Of a stretch of DNA of 64,000 bases, positions 9,855 through 20,281 are shown one piece after another (positions within the stretch are counted from its first letter, which is position 1; each line of letters begins with the position of its first letter). The DNA is from Blastocatellia bacterium (GTDB lineage: Bacteria; Acidobacteriota; Blastocatellia; UBA7656), in the NCBI GenBank assembly GCA_963765495.1, contig CAVXWP010000009.1, forward strand, positions 576,001-640,000, in the 5' to 3' direction. A program made the translations under genes and the position numbers. Below the pieces are notes generated by a model. That model saw only the letters and a list, made by a program, of their open reading frames with translations. It did not search any database and had not been told where the DNA came from.

Positions 9855-11219
9855 ATGGTTATGAGATCAGCCAAAATAGTTGTTTTGATGTTTTTCCTGG
9901 GAGTGATTCTCTTCCCGACTGCGTTCACCAGATCCTTCATGGCTAAACCTTTAACAGTGCCGAGCCACGCCCACGGCAATCAGACCCGCGCAGAACGCTT
10001 CCGCAATAGGGGCGTGATTGAGGACGAAGACACAGACAGCGCAAACAGAAGGAGGAGGGTGTCCGAGGCCTTGACCGGTTTTGATAATCAAACCAATGGA
10101 TTCGATATACAGGGCCCCCCGTTCAATACTATTAATGAAGACAATGTCGTTGCGTTGCGCTCTTTCAACGATAACCGATTCATTTTCGAAGAGGTCGAGG
10201 GTGTAGCCGATGGGCTCGGGCCTACGTATAACGCGCAGAGTTGCGCCGAATGCCACCAAAACGTTGCGACGGGAGGCGCGAGCCAGATCGCCGAGCACCG
10301 AACCGGGCGTCTGGATAACGGAGTCTTTTTTGAATCTCTCGGAGGTTCACTCATTCAGTCGCGGGCCATTCATCCCGATATCGTAGAGCGCGTTGCCTTT
10401 GAAGATGGGGTTCGGACGTTTCGGATCTCAACCAACACACTGGGAAACGGGTTCATAGAGTGCATATCAAACAGTACGCTTCTCGGCCTGCGTGACAGGC
10501 AGCCTGAAAGCATGCGAGGCACAGCGATTATCGTTCCGGTTCTCGAAGCCAACAGTGAAGCGCGCATCGGGCGTTTCGGGTGGAAGAGCCAGCATGCCAG
10601 CCTCGAATCTTTTGCCGCCGATGCTTACCTGAATGAGATGGGTATCACAAGCCCTCTCTTCCCGGAAGAAAACACATCCGGGGGGCGCGATGTCAGCCGC
10701 TATGATACGGTGGCAGACCCGGAAGACGATGGCGAAGATATTATGGCCTTCGCCAATTTCATGCGTTCGACAAAAGCACCGGCACGCGGGCCGATAGATT
10801 CAGCAGTCAGGGCCGGAGAGAGTCTATTCATTCAAGTCGGATGCGCAATCTGTCATATCCCCTCTATCACGACGGCATCGCCGGGGTCGAGAATCAATGG
10901 CGGCACGTTTAACGTTCCTGATGCTTTGGGAAACAAGCTCGTTCACCCCTACAGCGATTTCCTTCTACACGACATTGGAACCGGCGACGGGATACCTTTT
11001 CTGCCCACGCCCGAATATGCCTCTACAGCGAATCAGATTCGCACAGCGCCGTTGTGGGGGCTCAGAACTCGAAACCGATTGATGCACGACGGGTTGACTT
11101 TCACCACGCAGGAGGCGATCCAGCGCCATGCCGGGCAGGCTGCTGCCGTGACAGACAAATATAACGCGCTTTCAGAGACGCAGAAGAGTCGACTTCTGGC
11201 CTTTCTGGATTCGCTCTAA
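9855..11219 (+). CDS. Di-heme oxidoreductase (DHOR) family protein
   Basis: Two CxxCH (CAECH, CAICH); DGLGP.YNA.SC, GRFGWK, YSDFLLHD, RTAPLWG, MHDG motifs; signal peptide. Confidence 0.85.
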   Translation: MVMRSAKIVVLMFFLGVILFPTAFTRSFMAKPLTVPSHAHGNQTRAERFRNRGVIEDEDTDSANRRRRVSEALTGFDNQTNGFDIQGPPFNTINEDNVVALRSFNDNRFIFEEVEGVADGLGPTYNAQSCAECHQNVATGGASQIAEHRTGRLDNGVFFESLGGSLIQSRAIHPDIVERVAFEDGVRTFRISTNTLGNGFIECISNSTLLGLRDRQPESMRGTAIIVPVLEANSEARIGRFGWKSQHASLESFAADAYLNEMGITSPLFPEENTSGGRDVSRYDTVADPEDDGEDIMAFANFMRSTKAPARGPIDSAVRAGESLFIQVGCAICHIPSITTASPGSRINGGTFNVPDALGNKLVHPYSDFLLHDIGTGDGIPFLPTPEYASTANQIRTAPLWGLRTRNRLMHDGLTFTTQEAIQRHAGQAAAVTDKYNALSETQKSRLLAFLDSL

Positions 11220-11355
11220 CATGACTTGAGGACGAGGGATTTCGTATTAAGATGCGTCATGTGAAAAGTGGTGCGTGGCTTCGGGCTGTCTGCCCTTTAA
11301 GAGAGCAACAAGTTATGTAAATCACGCATCACGCATCATTCGCCACTTTGCCGGG

Positions 11356-13449
11356 CTATTGTTTCACTCTGAAGGCGTCAGAATATGACAGCCCTCTCAC
11401 TACGCGAATGGTGTTGTCGCCTGCGACTATTCCAAGCTCTTCTTTTTTGCCTTTGATCTTGATCTTTGACCCTGAGATGCTCTTGATCCGGTCCGTGCGG
11501 TCTAATCCGTTTATGATCACGCGAGGCTGCTCGCCCAACCCCTCGGCTTTTATAATAAGTTTCTTGCCGTTGTACTTTGCGGAGTTTACTATCGGCGGAT
11601 TCATAACGGTCACTGTGAGCCTCGCCGTTTTCTCGACCCCTCCGCCGGAGGCTCTGATTGTGACGTTGTATGATTGAGGCGGGCTGTTCGGTTCTGCTGA
11701 AACGATGAGGCTCGCTTTCTGAGACGAGGTCAAAGTCGGTTGAACCATCGAGATATCGAGTGGAGTTGTTTCATCGGCTTCCGCCGAGATCGAAACCGGC
11801 GCGTCGAAACCGTTCGCAAACACCGCTGCGATATCGAACTCGGCATCTTCACCAACATTGATGGTCCGCGAAGACGGAGTGACGGACATCTCGAAATCCT
11901 GACCTTGCGGCAACAGAGAGATTACCGCTATCGAATATGGAGGCAGGGTGTAATCGAAAGCGGTTCCGGCCTCGTGAAAAAGCGACTGCGCTATATCGGG
12001 AGAACCGGCGAGGTTCCTCGCCGCCTCATCCTCTGCTTTGCCGTATGAATAAACAACCGCTGACGGTGAAGGCGAATACCCGGCGATATTTATCTGAGCG
12101 GTGATCTCTTCGCCGGGGCTCTTGTTTATCAGCATCAGTTTCAATCTGCCGTCGCCGCTCTTTACGCCGTAAGAAGAGAGCAGCGAAGACTGGCTCTTTG
12201 CCTCAACCACGCTGTCGGAAGGAAGGGCAAAGTGGGATAGCAGCTTGAAGACGTAATAAGACGGGTACGGCTCGTTGTCCACGGATGATATGCCGTAATC
12301 TCCATACTGTCTCCAGCCGTAAAGAGAAGGGCTGTTATTTTTTCCCGTAACGTAGCCGTTTCTCAAATCCCACCACACGAACATATTGAACTCGGTCTGA
12401 AGGATATTGCCTACGCTGTCGGCGAGAAACAGCCCGTTTACAAGACTCGTCGTCTGTTTTCCGGGATCGAAAGAGACGGAATTGTTTTCCGTGCAAATGA
12501 TCTCTATAGGGTCTGCGGCGCTTCCCAGATAATCCTCCAATTGTCTGCGAAGGTCGGCGGCGTCATTCTTCCATGTAGCGGTAGATTGCAACAAACGCGC
12601 ATCGCTCTCGTTTCCGGGGTTCTGTTCGTATCTGTGATAGATCACGAAATCGGGTATGGTGTTCAGAGATTTGAGCGTGGCAAGCAGCACGGGAGTCCAC
12701 CCGTTGTGCACAATACCCGTGCGCGGATTCGTGGCCGGATGCGCTGTGTTGTTGATGTAATTGTCTTCGCCTGTTGTTACGACCACTCCTATCTTGATAG
12801 CCGGGTCCGCCAGTCTCATCTTCTGGATGTATTCGCTTGCTTCAAGCCCGTATGTGTAAGGGTCATTGCGGGCCTTGTGACCGTCCGTCTCCCAGGTGCC
12901 GTAGTTTTCGTTTCCTATCTCCCAGTATTTGAATCCATACCCTCTGGTTGTGTTCGAATACTCGACCCACCGGGCGGCCTCGTCCGCCGAGCCGGTGCCG
13001 TAATTAACAGTGATGATGGCCTGAGTTTTTACGGCGTTTGCTATCGCGGCGAAATCATCGAAACTCGTTGCCCACGTCCACGTATTTTTGAGAGTCGTGT
13101 TTGTCTCCCAGTGATACTCATCGGAAAGAGAGCCGCCGGGGAAACGCAGAATTCTCGCGCCCATGGATTTAAGAAACGTGATGGTCGTCTGCGATTCGAA
13201 AGAGCTATCCCAAACGGCCGCGTTGATGCCTGTGAAATCCGCGCCCACGTTGCGAATTACTTTCGCCGCGTCAACGTTGACCGCGACCACAGAACTCGCC
13301 GCCGTTACGTGCATTTTCTGATCAGCGCCGGCCCTTGAATCCGAGGGAAGCGCCAGCCGCGCGGGTTGCGCCCTGCGCCCCTGCGCCGCGATGTTAAAGG
13401 CCGGGCCAAGCAGTAATAATAAGATGAAAATCGCAATCGCTCTGTGCAT
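11356..13449 (-). CDS. Secreted clan GH-A glycoside hydrolase (GH51/alpha-L-arabinofuranosidase-like) with C-terminal Ig-like domains
   Basis: Signal peptide; LRFPGG, YWEIGNE (acid/base) and ICTEN (nucleophile) motifs. Confidence 0.7.
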   Translation of the reverse strand: MHRAIAIFILLLLLGPAFNIAAQGRRAQPARLALPSDSRAGADQKMHVTAASSVVAVNVDAAKVIRNVGADFTGINAAVWDSSFESQTTITFLKSMGARILRFPGGSLSDEYHWETNTTLKNTWTWATSFDDFAAIANAVKTQAIITVNYGTGSADEAARWVEYSNTTRGYGFKYWEIGNENYGTWETDGHKARNDPYTYGLEASEYIQKMRLADPAIKIGVVVTTGEDNYINNTAHPATNPRTGIVHNGWTPVLLATLKSLNTIPDFVIYHRYEQNPGNESDARLLQSTATWKNDAADLRRQLEDYLGSAADPIEIICTENNSVSFDPGKQTTSLVNGLFLADSVGNILQTEFNMFVWWDLRNGYVTGKNNSPSLYGWRQYGDYGISSVDNEPYPSYYVFKLLSHFALPSDSVVEAKSQSSLLSSYGVKSGDGRLKLMLINKSPGEEITAQINIAGYSPSPSAVVYSYGKAEDEAARNLAGSPDIAQSLFHEAGTAFDYTLPPYSIAVISLLPQGQDFEMSVTPSSRTINVGEDAEFDIAAVFANGFDAPVSISAEADETTPLDISMVQPTLTSSQKASLIVSAEPNSPPQSYNVTIRASGGGVEKTARLTVTVMNPPIVNSAKYNGKKLIIKAEGLGEQPRVIINGLDRTDRIKSISGSKIKIKGKKEELGIVAGDNTIRVVRGLSYSDAFRVKQ

Positions 13450-13480
13450 TAGTGCCTATTTTACATGGGAACCGTTTTTT

Positions 13481-13547
13481 TTGACAGGATTAACAGGATT
13501 TCCAGGGATTCAATCGTGTTCTCTGTTAATCTTGTAAATCCTGTTAA
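13481..13547. repeat. ACAGGATT inverted tandem repeat
   Basis: TTGACAGGATTAACAGGATT ... AATCTTGTAAATCCTGTTAA; half copy at about 56019-56040. Confidence 0.7.
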
Positions 13548-13568
13548 TGCTGCCCGGGTCTCTATTTT

Positions 13569-14444
13569 ATGACAAGCAGAACGACTCTAAACGCAGGCGT
13601 TCACACATCGATTGCCGGTGGCATGGCAAACGCCGTAGCGATGGCCGAGGCTAAGGGCTGCGACGGGTTTCAGATTTTCGCCCGCAACCCGAGAGGCTGG
13701 TTTGAGCGTCCTCTGACACGCAAAGAGATAAAGGGATTCCGAGCGGCACGCGAACGCGCAGGGCTCTGGCCTATGGCTATTCATTCGGTCTATCTGATAA
13801 ACCTCGCCGCGCAAGACCCTGTGGTGCAGGCCCGGTCTCGCGAGGCGTTCCGGCAAGAGATAAAACGCGGCATCGCGCTTGGCGCGGATTTTCTGGTAGT
13901 CCATCCCGGCAATCCAAAGACCGTATCTGCCGACATCGGAATAATGACAGCGACTGAATCCATTCGCGTCGCGGCACGCGGGCTGAAACTTGAAGGCGCG
14001 GGGCTGACAATTCTGATTGAAAACACCGCCGGGCAAGGTTCTTCCATCGGATGCGACTTCGAACAGGTCGCCGACATCCTGGCGGCGCTCGATGGTCTCC
14101 CTGTAGGCGTATGCCTCGACACGGCTCATACTTTCGCTTCGGGCTATGACCTTTCAACCGAGCGAGGCTTTCTCGCAACTACAAAAGCCATAGACCGCTC
14201 GTTCGGGTTCGAACGCATAAAGCTGATCCACTGCAACGACTCGAAAGCGCCGCTCGGCTCTCGCGTAGACCGCCACCAGCACATAGGGCTCGGTCATATC
14301 GGAGACGCGGGCTTTCGCCGTCTGACCCGCAACTTGAAGTTTCGCCGCATACCATTTATTTTAGAAACTCCGGTTGATGCGGAACGCGGCGACGAAGAGA
14401 ACCTCGCGCGAATACGCGAACTGAGTCGCAAGTTGAGAGCTTGA
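13569..14444 (+). CDS. nfo: Endonuclease IV
   Basis: GVHTSIAGG, HSVYLINLA, HPG, ENTAGQG, CLDTAH, HCNDS, DRH, ILETP motifs. Confidence 0.92.
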   Translation: MTSRTTLNAGVHTSIAGGMANAVAMAEAKGCDGFQIFARNPRGWFERPLTRKEIKGFRAARERAGLWPMAIHSVYLINLAAQDPVVQARSREAFRQEIKRGIALGADFLVVHPGNPKTVSADIGIMTATESIRVAARGLKLEGAGLTILIENTAGQGSSIGCDFEQVADILAALDGLPVGVCLDTAHTFASGYDLSTERGFLATTKAIDRSFGFERIKLIHCNDSKAPLGSRVDRHQHIGLGHIGDAGFRRLTRNLKFRRIPFILETPVDAERGDEENLARIRELSRKLRA

Positions 14445-14816
14445 ATGACAAACAGCGGCAGGAGTGTACATCCAAATGCGTTACCTAATTATCAGGATGC
14501 GGTAATTCCACGCGAAAAGCTGGAAGGATATGCACTTAACCCGGATCATGATGATAGAAGGCATAAAGCACTCGTTTTTAAGAGTGTTCTTGATTTCGAT
14601 CAATCAAATTGGGAGTTTCTGGCGCAGCAGATTCAAAAGGGATTACCATATTATGAGGCGTTTCTCAAAAAAGACTTTGAATATGGAAAGATATTTGAAG
14701 TTGTTATACCTATAACAGGACCAAACGGGCGAACCGTAGAGGTATTGACTATTTGGATCGTAAGGGTTGGAACGAACTTTCCGTTTTTGGTTACAGCATA
14801 TATTACCAAGGCGTGA
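14445..14816 (+). CDS. DUF6883-like protein (putative toxin domain)
   Basis: LPN...IP.EKL.GYALNPDH...HKA.VF...GPNGR...TIWI...P.LVTAY pattern; AT-rich. Confidence 0.65.
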   Translation: MTNSGRSVHPNALPNYQDAVIPREKLEGYALNPDHDDRRHKALVFKSVLDFDQSNWEFLAQQIQKGLPYYEAFLKKDFEYGKIFEVVIPITGPNGRTVEVLTIWIVRVGTNFPFLVTAYITKA

Positions 14817-14828
14817 AAGAGGTGAGCT

Positions 14829-15824
14829 ATGATTGAAACAAGAAAGGCTCAGGAACTTGATGTCGTCGAATTAGCGGAGGACTTGCCGGAATACGGACTC
14901 AAAAAAGGCGAGCGAGGCACGGTAGTCGTAGCATTTGATGAGCCGGATGAAGCATATATGATTGAGTTCGTTGATGAATCAGGCACTTCATCAAGGTTTG
15001 CCGATATTGTAAAACCTTGTCAAATAAAAAGCGCAAATGAAACAGCAATCGAAGCATTGGAACGAGGAATAAAACTTCATAATGAGAGTAAGGGAGTAGA
15101 AGCTGAAAAGGAATTTCGCCGGGCCGTTGAGTTAAAGCCGGATTTGATAGAAGAGTTGCATGACCGCATTGTGAGAAGCTTTGAATTACAGAGGGATTTT
15201 GAAGAGACAGAAACTTTTGAAAAGTTCATTTTTGCAATGCGCTTGATTCTACGGCTTAAGCCTGATTTCAAGCTTGCGCGAAAGAATCTCGCAATCGCAT
15301 TTGAACATCAGGGCTTCTTGGAGGCAAAAAAAGGAAATCTCTATATGGCCATTACAAAATTTAGAATCGCTTTAGCCCTGGCTGAGTCGCCGGAAACTCA
15401 GTCACCGGACGTGATTACCCATATTAGAAGCAATCTTGCAGCAGCCTGGGGGCAATTGGGGGTTCAAGCCTATCAAAAGGGCGAAATAGAAGGATTGCCA
15501 AATTATATGGGGATGGCCTACGAGGCCGATCCCAACGAGCAAACAAAAAGTATTTTTGCAATGGCTTATGCAAGCCTTGCATCATGGTTGCTGGATCAAA
15601 ACAACTATGAAGCATCCAGAGAAAGTTTGCATCTGGCTTATGATATTTCAGGAGAAGTGCCTGAAAACTATGAATCTCTATCGTGTGATCAAAGTTTACT
15701 GGGGAGAGCAATTTTGAACTTCCTAAATAAGGGAACGCAAGAATTTTCCATTGATATGCAAACTAAGCAAGTTAAAGTCCGTATGCCCCAGGTGGAACGG
15801 CAAGCATACAAGACGGCTGCATAG
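14829..15824 (+). CDS. DUF4926-domain protein fused to TPR repeats (putative immunity/antitoxin)
   Basis: N-terminal ELDVVELAEDLPEYGLKKGERGTVV...AYMIEF (DUF4926 pattern); TPR-like helices follow; RBS GAGGTG. Confidence 0.65.
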   Translation: MIETRKAQELDVVELAEDLPEYGLKKGERGTVVVAFDEPDEAYMIEFVDESGTSSRFADIVKPCQIKSANETAIEALERGIKLHNESKGVEAEKEFRRAVELKPDLIEELHDRIVRSFELQRDFEETETFEKFIFAMRLILRLKPDFKLARKNLAIAFEHQGFLEAKKGNLYMAITKFRIALALAESPETQSPDVITHIRSNLAAAWGQLGVQAYQKGEIEGLPNYMGMAYEADPNEQTKSIFAMAYASLASWLLDQNNYEASRESLHLAYDISGEVPENYESLSCDQSLLGRAILNFLNKGTQEFSIDMQTKQVKVRMPQVERQAYKTAA

Positions 15825-15826
15825 AT

Positions 15827-18454
15827 ATGTTGAACACATTTATGAACGAAAAGTACTTTCCACAAGAAGTAGAGCAACGATGGCAGAAACGCTGGGCCGA
15901 AGAGAAGATATTCGAGGTTAAAGAAGACCCCGAGCGCGAAAAGTTTTACTGCCTCGAGATGCTGGCCTACACTTCGGGCCGCGCGCACATAGGTCACGTC
16001 AGCAACTTTACCATAGGCGATGCGCTCTCCTGGTACAAACGGCTGCGCGGGTTCAACGTGTTGCACCCGTTTGGCTGGGATGCCTTCGGGCAGCCCGCCG
16101 AGACCGCCGCTATCAAGGAAGGCATAAACCCGGAAAAGTTCACACGCGATGCCATTGCTTATATGAAGTGGCAATTTCAGCGCATGGGACTCAGCTACGA
16201 CTGGTCGCGCGAGATCGCTTCGTGCGACCCCGAGTACTACAAATGGAACCAGTGGTTCTTTATCCGAATGTACGAGCGCGGGATGCTCTATCGCAAGCTG
16301 GCCCCGGTCAACTGGTGCCCGAAAGAAGGCATATCGCTCTCAAACGAGCAGGCGTCGGGCGGGGTCTGCTGGCGCGACGGCACTCCCGTCATCCAGAAAG
16401 AACTGATGCAGTGGTTCGCTAGAATAACCGATTACGCCGACCAGTTGCTCGACGATCTGGATAAGCTGGAAGGCCAGTGGCCCGAGCGCGTAATCACGCA
16501 GCAGCGCAACTGGATAGGCCGCAGCCGGGGGGCCGAGGTTCAGTTCAAAATTGCAGACACCATAGACACCGTCACCGTCTTCACCACGCGCATAGACACT
16601 ATCTTTGGCGCAAACGCGATAATACTCGCGCCCGAGCATCCGCTGCTAGCCAAGATAGTCGAAGGCAAGCCTGAACGTGAAGAAGTGCTGGCCTTTGCCG
16701 AGCGGCTGAGAAACGAGCAGCGCACCGGGCGGGCGCTGGAAGAGATGGAGAAGGAAGGCATATTCACGGGCGGCTGGGCGGTGAATCCTTTCAATCAGGA
16801 GCGGCTGCCTATCTGGATCGCAAACTTTGTGCTGATCCAGTACGGGACGGGCGCGATCATGGCCGTACCCGCAGGCGATCAGCGCGATTTCGAGTTCTCG
16901 CGCAAATACGGGCTGCCGTTTCGGCAGATCAAGCTGACATCGGACGGTCGCGAGGTTGCACCCGAAGAGATGGAAACAGCCGACGATGAATGGACCGTGA
17001 CCGTAAACACCGGCCAGTGGAGCGGGCTCTCTTCGGAAGAGGCCAACCGGCTGATGACCGAATACGCCGAGGCTAACGGATTCGGGCGCGGCGCGATCAC
17101 ATTCAAATTGCGCGATTGGGGAATCTCTCGCCAGAGGTACTGGGGCACGCCCATACCTATGATTCATTGCCCGAAGTGCGGGATAGTTCCCGTGCCCGAC
17201 GATCAATTGCCGGTCGTGCTGCCCGAAAACGTAGACCTGAGCGTGCAGGGCGGCTCGCCGCTCGATCACGTGCCCGAGTTTGTCAATGTGGAATGCCCGA
17301 AGTGCGGAGGCGCGGCCCGCCGCGACACAGACACTATGGACACCTTTGTTGACTCAAGCTGGTATTATTTCCGCTACTGCGACCCGCATAACGACCGTCA
17401 GCCGTTTGACCCCGAAAAGATCGCTTACTGGTTGCCCGTGGATCAGTACATCGGCGGCATCGAGCACGCGGTATTGCACTTGATCTACACGCGCTACTGG
17501 AACAAGGTTATGCGCGATCTGGGACTGGTCAAATTCGACGAGCCGGTTTCGCGCCTGCTCACGCAGGGCATGATCAACAAGGAGACGTTTCGTTGCCCTG
17601 AACACGAGTGGCTGTTTCCCGAGCAGGTGACAGAGGATAAGACCTGCTCGATCTGCGGGAGGCCGGTCGAAGTAGGACGCGTCGAGAAGATGTCCAAGTC
17701 AAAGAAGAACGCGGTTGACCCGATTGAGATGATCGAAATCCACGGGGCAGATGCGTTGCGTCTCTTCGTGCTGTTTGTCGGGCCGCCCGAAAAAGACAAG
17801 GAGTGGTCAGACACCGGGTTTGAGGGAGCGTCGCGCTATTTGCAGCGCGTGTGGAGAATCGCCTACAAATGGCAGGGGCGCATCACGCAATCAGACGGCG
17901 CTGGCGAGCTTTCGGCAGATACGAGCGAGGCGAGCGATTATCAGCGAAGGCTGCGCCGTCGCACTCATCAAATCATCCGCTCTATCACCGAAAATTTCGA
18001 GGAGCGTTTGCACTTGAATACGTGCATCTCTTCGCTGATGGAGTTGACCAACGAGATTTACAGCTTCGATCAGGCAGTAGACAAAAACGGCAGCGCGAGC
18101 GTCGAAGATGTAAGGATTGCCCGCGAAGCATTCGAGGCTTTGATACGGATGCTGACTCCGTTTGCTCCGCATATGGCCGAAGAGCTGTGGCAACAATTCG
18201 GCCACAGCGAAAGTCTGGCCCATGCCCGGTGGCCCGAGTTCAACACCGATCTTGCGCGGGAGGAAGAGATCGAAGTGGCCGTGCAGGTAAACGGTAAATT
18301 GCGGAGCCGTTTGTTTGTCAGTCCCGACGTGAGCGAAAGCGACCTCCGCGAAGCGGCGCTCGCCGACGAGAAGATCAAGGCAGCATCAGCGGGCCGCGAT
18401 GTGGCTAAGGTGATAGTGATACCGCGAAAGCTCGTCAACGTGGTTGTGAAGTAA
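15827..18454 (+). CDS. leuS: Leucine--tRNA ligase (start may be the ATG at 15842)
   Basis: HIGH and KMSKS signatures; DWGISRQRYWGTPIP; VQVNGK. Confidence 0.97.
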   Translation: MLNTFMNEKYFPQEVEQRWQKRWAEEKIFEVKEDPEREKFYCLEMLAYTSGRAHIGHVSNFTIGDALSWYKRLRGFNVLHPFGWDAFGQPAETAAIKEGINPEKFTRDAIAYMKWQFQRMGLSYDWSREIASCDPEYYKWNQWFFIRMYERGMLYRKLAPVNWCPKEGISLSNEQASGGVCWRDGTPVIQKELMQWFARITDYADQLLDDLDKLEGQWPERVITQQRNWIGRSRGAEVQFKIADTIDTVTVFTTRIDTIFGANAIILAPEHPLLAKIVEGKPEREEVLAFAERLRNEQRTGRALEEMEKEGIFTGGWAVNPFNQERLPIWIANFVLIQYGTGAIMAVPAGDQRDFEFSRKYGLPFRQIKLTSDGREVAPEEMETADDEWTVTVNTGQWSGLSSEEANRLMTEYAEANGFGRGAITFKLRDWGISRQRYWGTPIPMIHCPKCGIVPVPDDQLPVVLPENVDLSVQGGSPLDHVPEFVNVECPKCGGAARRDTDTMDTFVDSSWYYFRYCDPHNDRQPFDPEKIAYWLPVDQYIGGIEHAVLHLIYTRYWNKVMRDLGLVKFDEPVSRLLTQGMINKETFRCPEHEWLFPEQVTEDKTCSICGRPVEVGRVEKMSKSKKNAVDPIEMIEIHGADALRLFVLFVGPPEKDKEWSDTGFEGASRYLQRVWRIAYKWQGRITQSDGAGELSADTSEASDYQRRLRRRTHQIIRSITENFEERLHLNTCISSLMELTNEIYSFDQAVDKNGSASVEDVRIAREAFEALIRMLTPFAPHMAEELWQQFGHSESLAHARWPEFNTDLAREEEIEVAVQVNGKLRSRLFVSPDVSESDLREAALADEKIKAASAGRDVAKVIVIPRKLVNVVVK

Positions 18455-18604
18455 GCAGTAGGCAGTAGGCAGTTTTTAAGGGAACACATCGCTCTCTATC
18501 CAGATGCCAAATTAGAACATTGGGAATAGGCCACGGATGACGCGGATTGGGCGGATTTACGCGGATTAGTTCTTGGCCTCAAAATAACTGCCTACTGCCT
18601 ACTA
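18455..18604. repeat. Nested repeat: GCAGTAG heptamer arms enclosing a CGGAT 9-mer array
   Basis: GCAGTAGGCAGTAGGCAGT ... AGGCCACGGATGACGCGGATTGGGCGGATTTACGCGGAT ... ACTGCCTACTGCCTACT. Confidence 0.75.
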
Positions 18605-19600
18605 TCTTGTAAGGTACAACAACAGGGTTGCAAAGACGTAGACGATCAATATCCCGAGAGAATCCCAGGTGAGAAACAATATCTTCTTCGTCGTCTTGTA
18701 GGTCAATCCTATCACGGCGATGGCCGTCACGATTATGGCTCCGTTGGCGGTTATGATGTGATTGGGTGTTAACTGCGCAATCAGCGGCCCCTTCGTATAA
18801 CATATGTCGTCTATCGCAAGTATCGCGATGTTGAACAGATTGCTTCCGAACAGGTTGCCGTAAACCATGTCCACGGCTCCGATTCGAAAGGCCGTCACAG
18901 AGACGACAAGTTCCGGCAACGAGGTCGAAAGAGCTATGAATATGCTGCCTACGAAGGATTGCCCGAGCCCCGTCATCCGGGCGATCTCTTCTCCGAGATG
19001 AGGCAGGTAGGTCGCCGCACCAATTATCACCAGAGCGTTGACCGCGTACAGGACATAAGCCTCGCGCTTCGAGATGTGCTCGTATTGTATCTCTTCGGCC
19101 ATCTCTTCCATGTATTCGCCCACGCGCCTCTTTTCATAGAAAAAGACCAGTCTCATCGTCACTACATAGACGGCAATAAAGACAAGGCTGTAGAGGCTGA
19201 CCCAGCCGATTGTCGGAACAGTTCCATTAGTGATAAAGCTGAGATTGACCAGTCCGAGCAGAAGTATACCGAACCCCCCGGTGAGCACCTGCCCCTGATG
19301 CGCTCTGGTTGAGAGCGGCACGGCGCTGCCCGAAAGATCGAGCAGGGCGATGATAAGAATGTTGAACAGACAACTGCCCAGCACATCGCCCGCCGCGATG
19401 TTTGGAGTATCAAAGATGGTAACCGAGCTTATCCCCGTAATCAGTTCGGGCAGAGAGGTGACGGAAGCCATAAGGATCACACCTATCCAGGTTCTTCCCA
19501 TCCCTGACTTTTCGGCGATCACGTCACCGTACTTTGAAAGCTTCGTGCCTGAAAACAGTATCACCGCCGTGCAGGCCGCAAATTCTAGCCATATCAACAT
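18602..19600 (-). CDS. Sodium:calcium antiporter (CaCA family)
   Basis: Two alpha-repeats ASVTSLPE...[10 protein letters not shown] and ALSTSLPE...[10 protein letters not shown]; about 10 TM segments. Confidence 0.9.
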   Translation of the reverse strand: MLIWLEFAACTAVILFSGTKLSKYGDVIAEKSGMGRTWIGVILMASVTSLPELITGISSVTIFDTPNIAAGDVLGSCLFNILIIALLDLSGSAVPLSTRAHQGQVLTGGFGILLLGLVNLSFITNGTVPTIGWVSLYSLVFIAVYVVTMRLVFFYEKRRVGEYMEEMAEEIQYEHISKREAYVLYAVNALVIIGAATYLPHLGEEIARMTGLGQSFVGSIFIALSTSLPELVVSVTAFRIGAVDMVYGNLFGSNLFNIAILAIDDICYTKGPLIAQLTPNHIITANGAIIVTAIAVIGLTYKTTKKILFLTWDSLGILIVYVFATLLLYLTR

Positions 19601-19762
19601 TCGCGTCTCTTTCTGAAACCAGTAGGTGAGGGGCAGCATAAAATAATCCGGCTAATGCTGTCCATCATTGATTTATCTAAAAGTCTTTTTCACAAATCAC
19701 GGATCACGCATCAGTGAAGGCTGCTTGTGCGCCGCGCTGCCGGAAAGGTAATATCACCATTG

Positions 19763-20281
19763 ATGTTCAAGCCTCTTTTTTTAGCCATCTGCCTGGCGCT
19801 CGTCGTTGATGTTTGCGGTTACAAACCCGCGGGTAAGGGTAAAAGCCTGCCCGCTGACATCAAGACGATTGCCGTGCCTATTTTTCAAAATTCCAGCCTA
19901 AAATACAGGGTCGAGCAGCGATTTACAAAAGCCGTTATGGAAGAGGTACTAAACCGCGCTCGCCCGTTGCGCGTCACTACGAGAACGGACGAGGCCGACG
20001 CGGTCCTCAACGGCGATATTCGCAGCTTTCGCGCCACAGGCACCCTGCTCGACGATCAGGGGCGCACGCGGATGTGGAATGTCCGCATCATTATCGGCGT
20101 CACGGTGCGCGACACCAGATCAAACAAGATCATCTATAACAATCCTCGAATGTCGTTTGAGGGAGAGTATGAGTTGTCGGGCGACCCGGAATCGTTTTTC
20201 AACGAAGAGAACCCGGCGGTTGACCGCATAGCGAAGGATTTCGCCCGGACCATCATCTCGACGATTCTGGAAGGACTGTGA
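19763..20281 (+). CDS. lptE: LPS assembly lipoprotein LptE family
   Basis: Lipobox-like VDVCGY; SLPADIKTIAVPIFQN; position between leuS and holA. Confidence 0.75.
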   Translation: MFKPLFLAICLALVVDVCGYKPAGKGKSLPADIKTIAVPIFQNSSLKYRVEQRFTKAVMEEVLNRARPLRVTTRTDEADAVLNGDIRSFRATGTLLDDQGRTRMWNVRIIIGVTVRDTRSNKIIYNNPRMSFEGEYELSGDPESFFNEENPAVDRIAKDFARTIISTILEGL

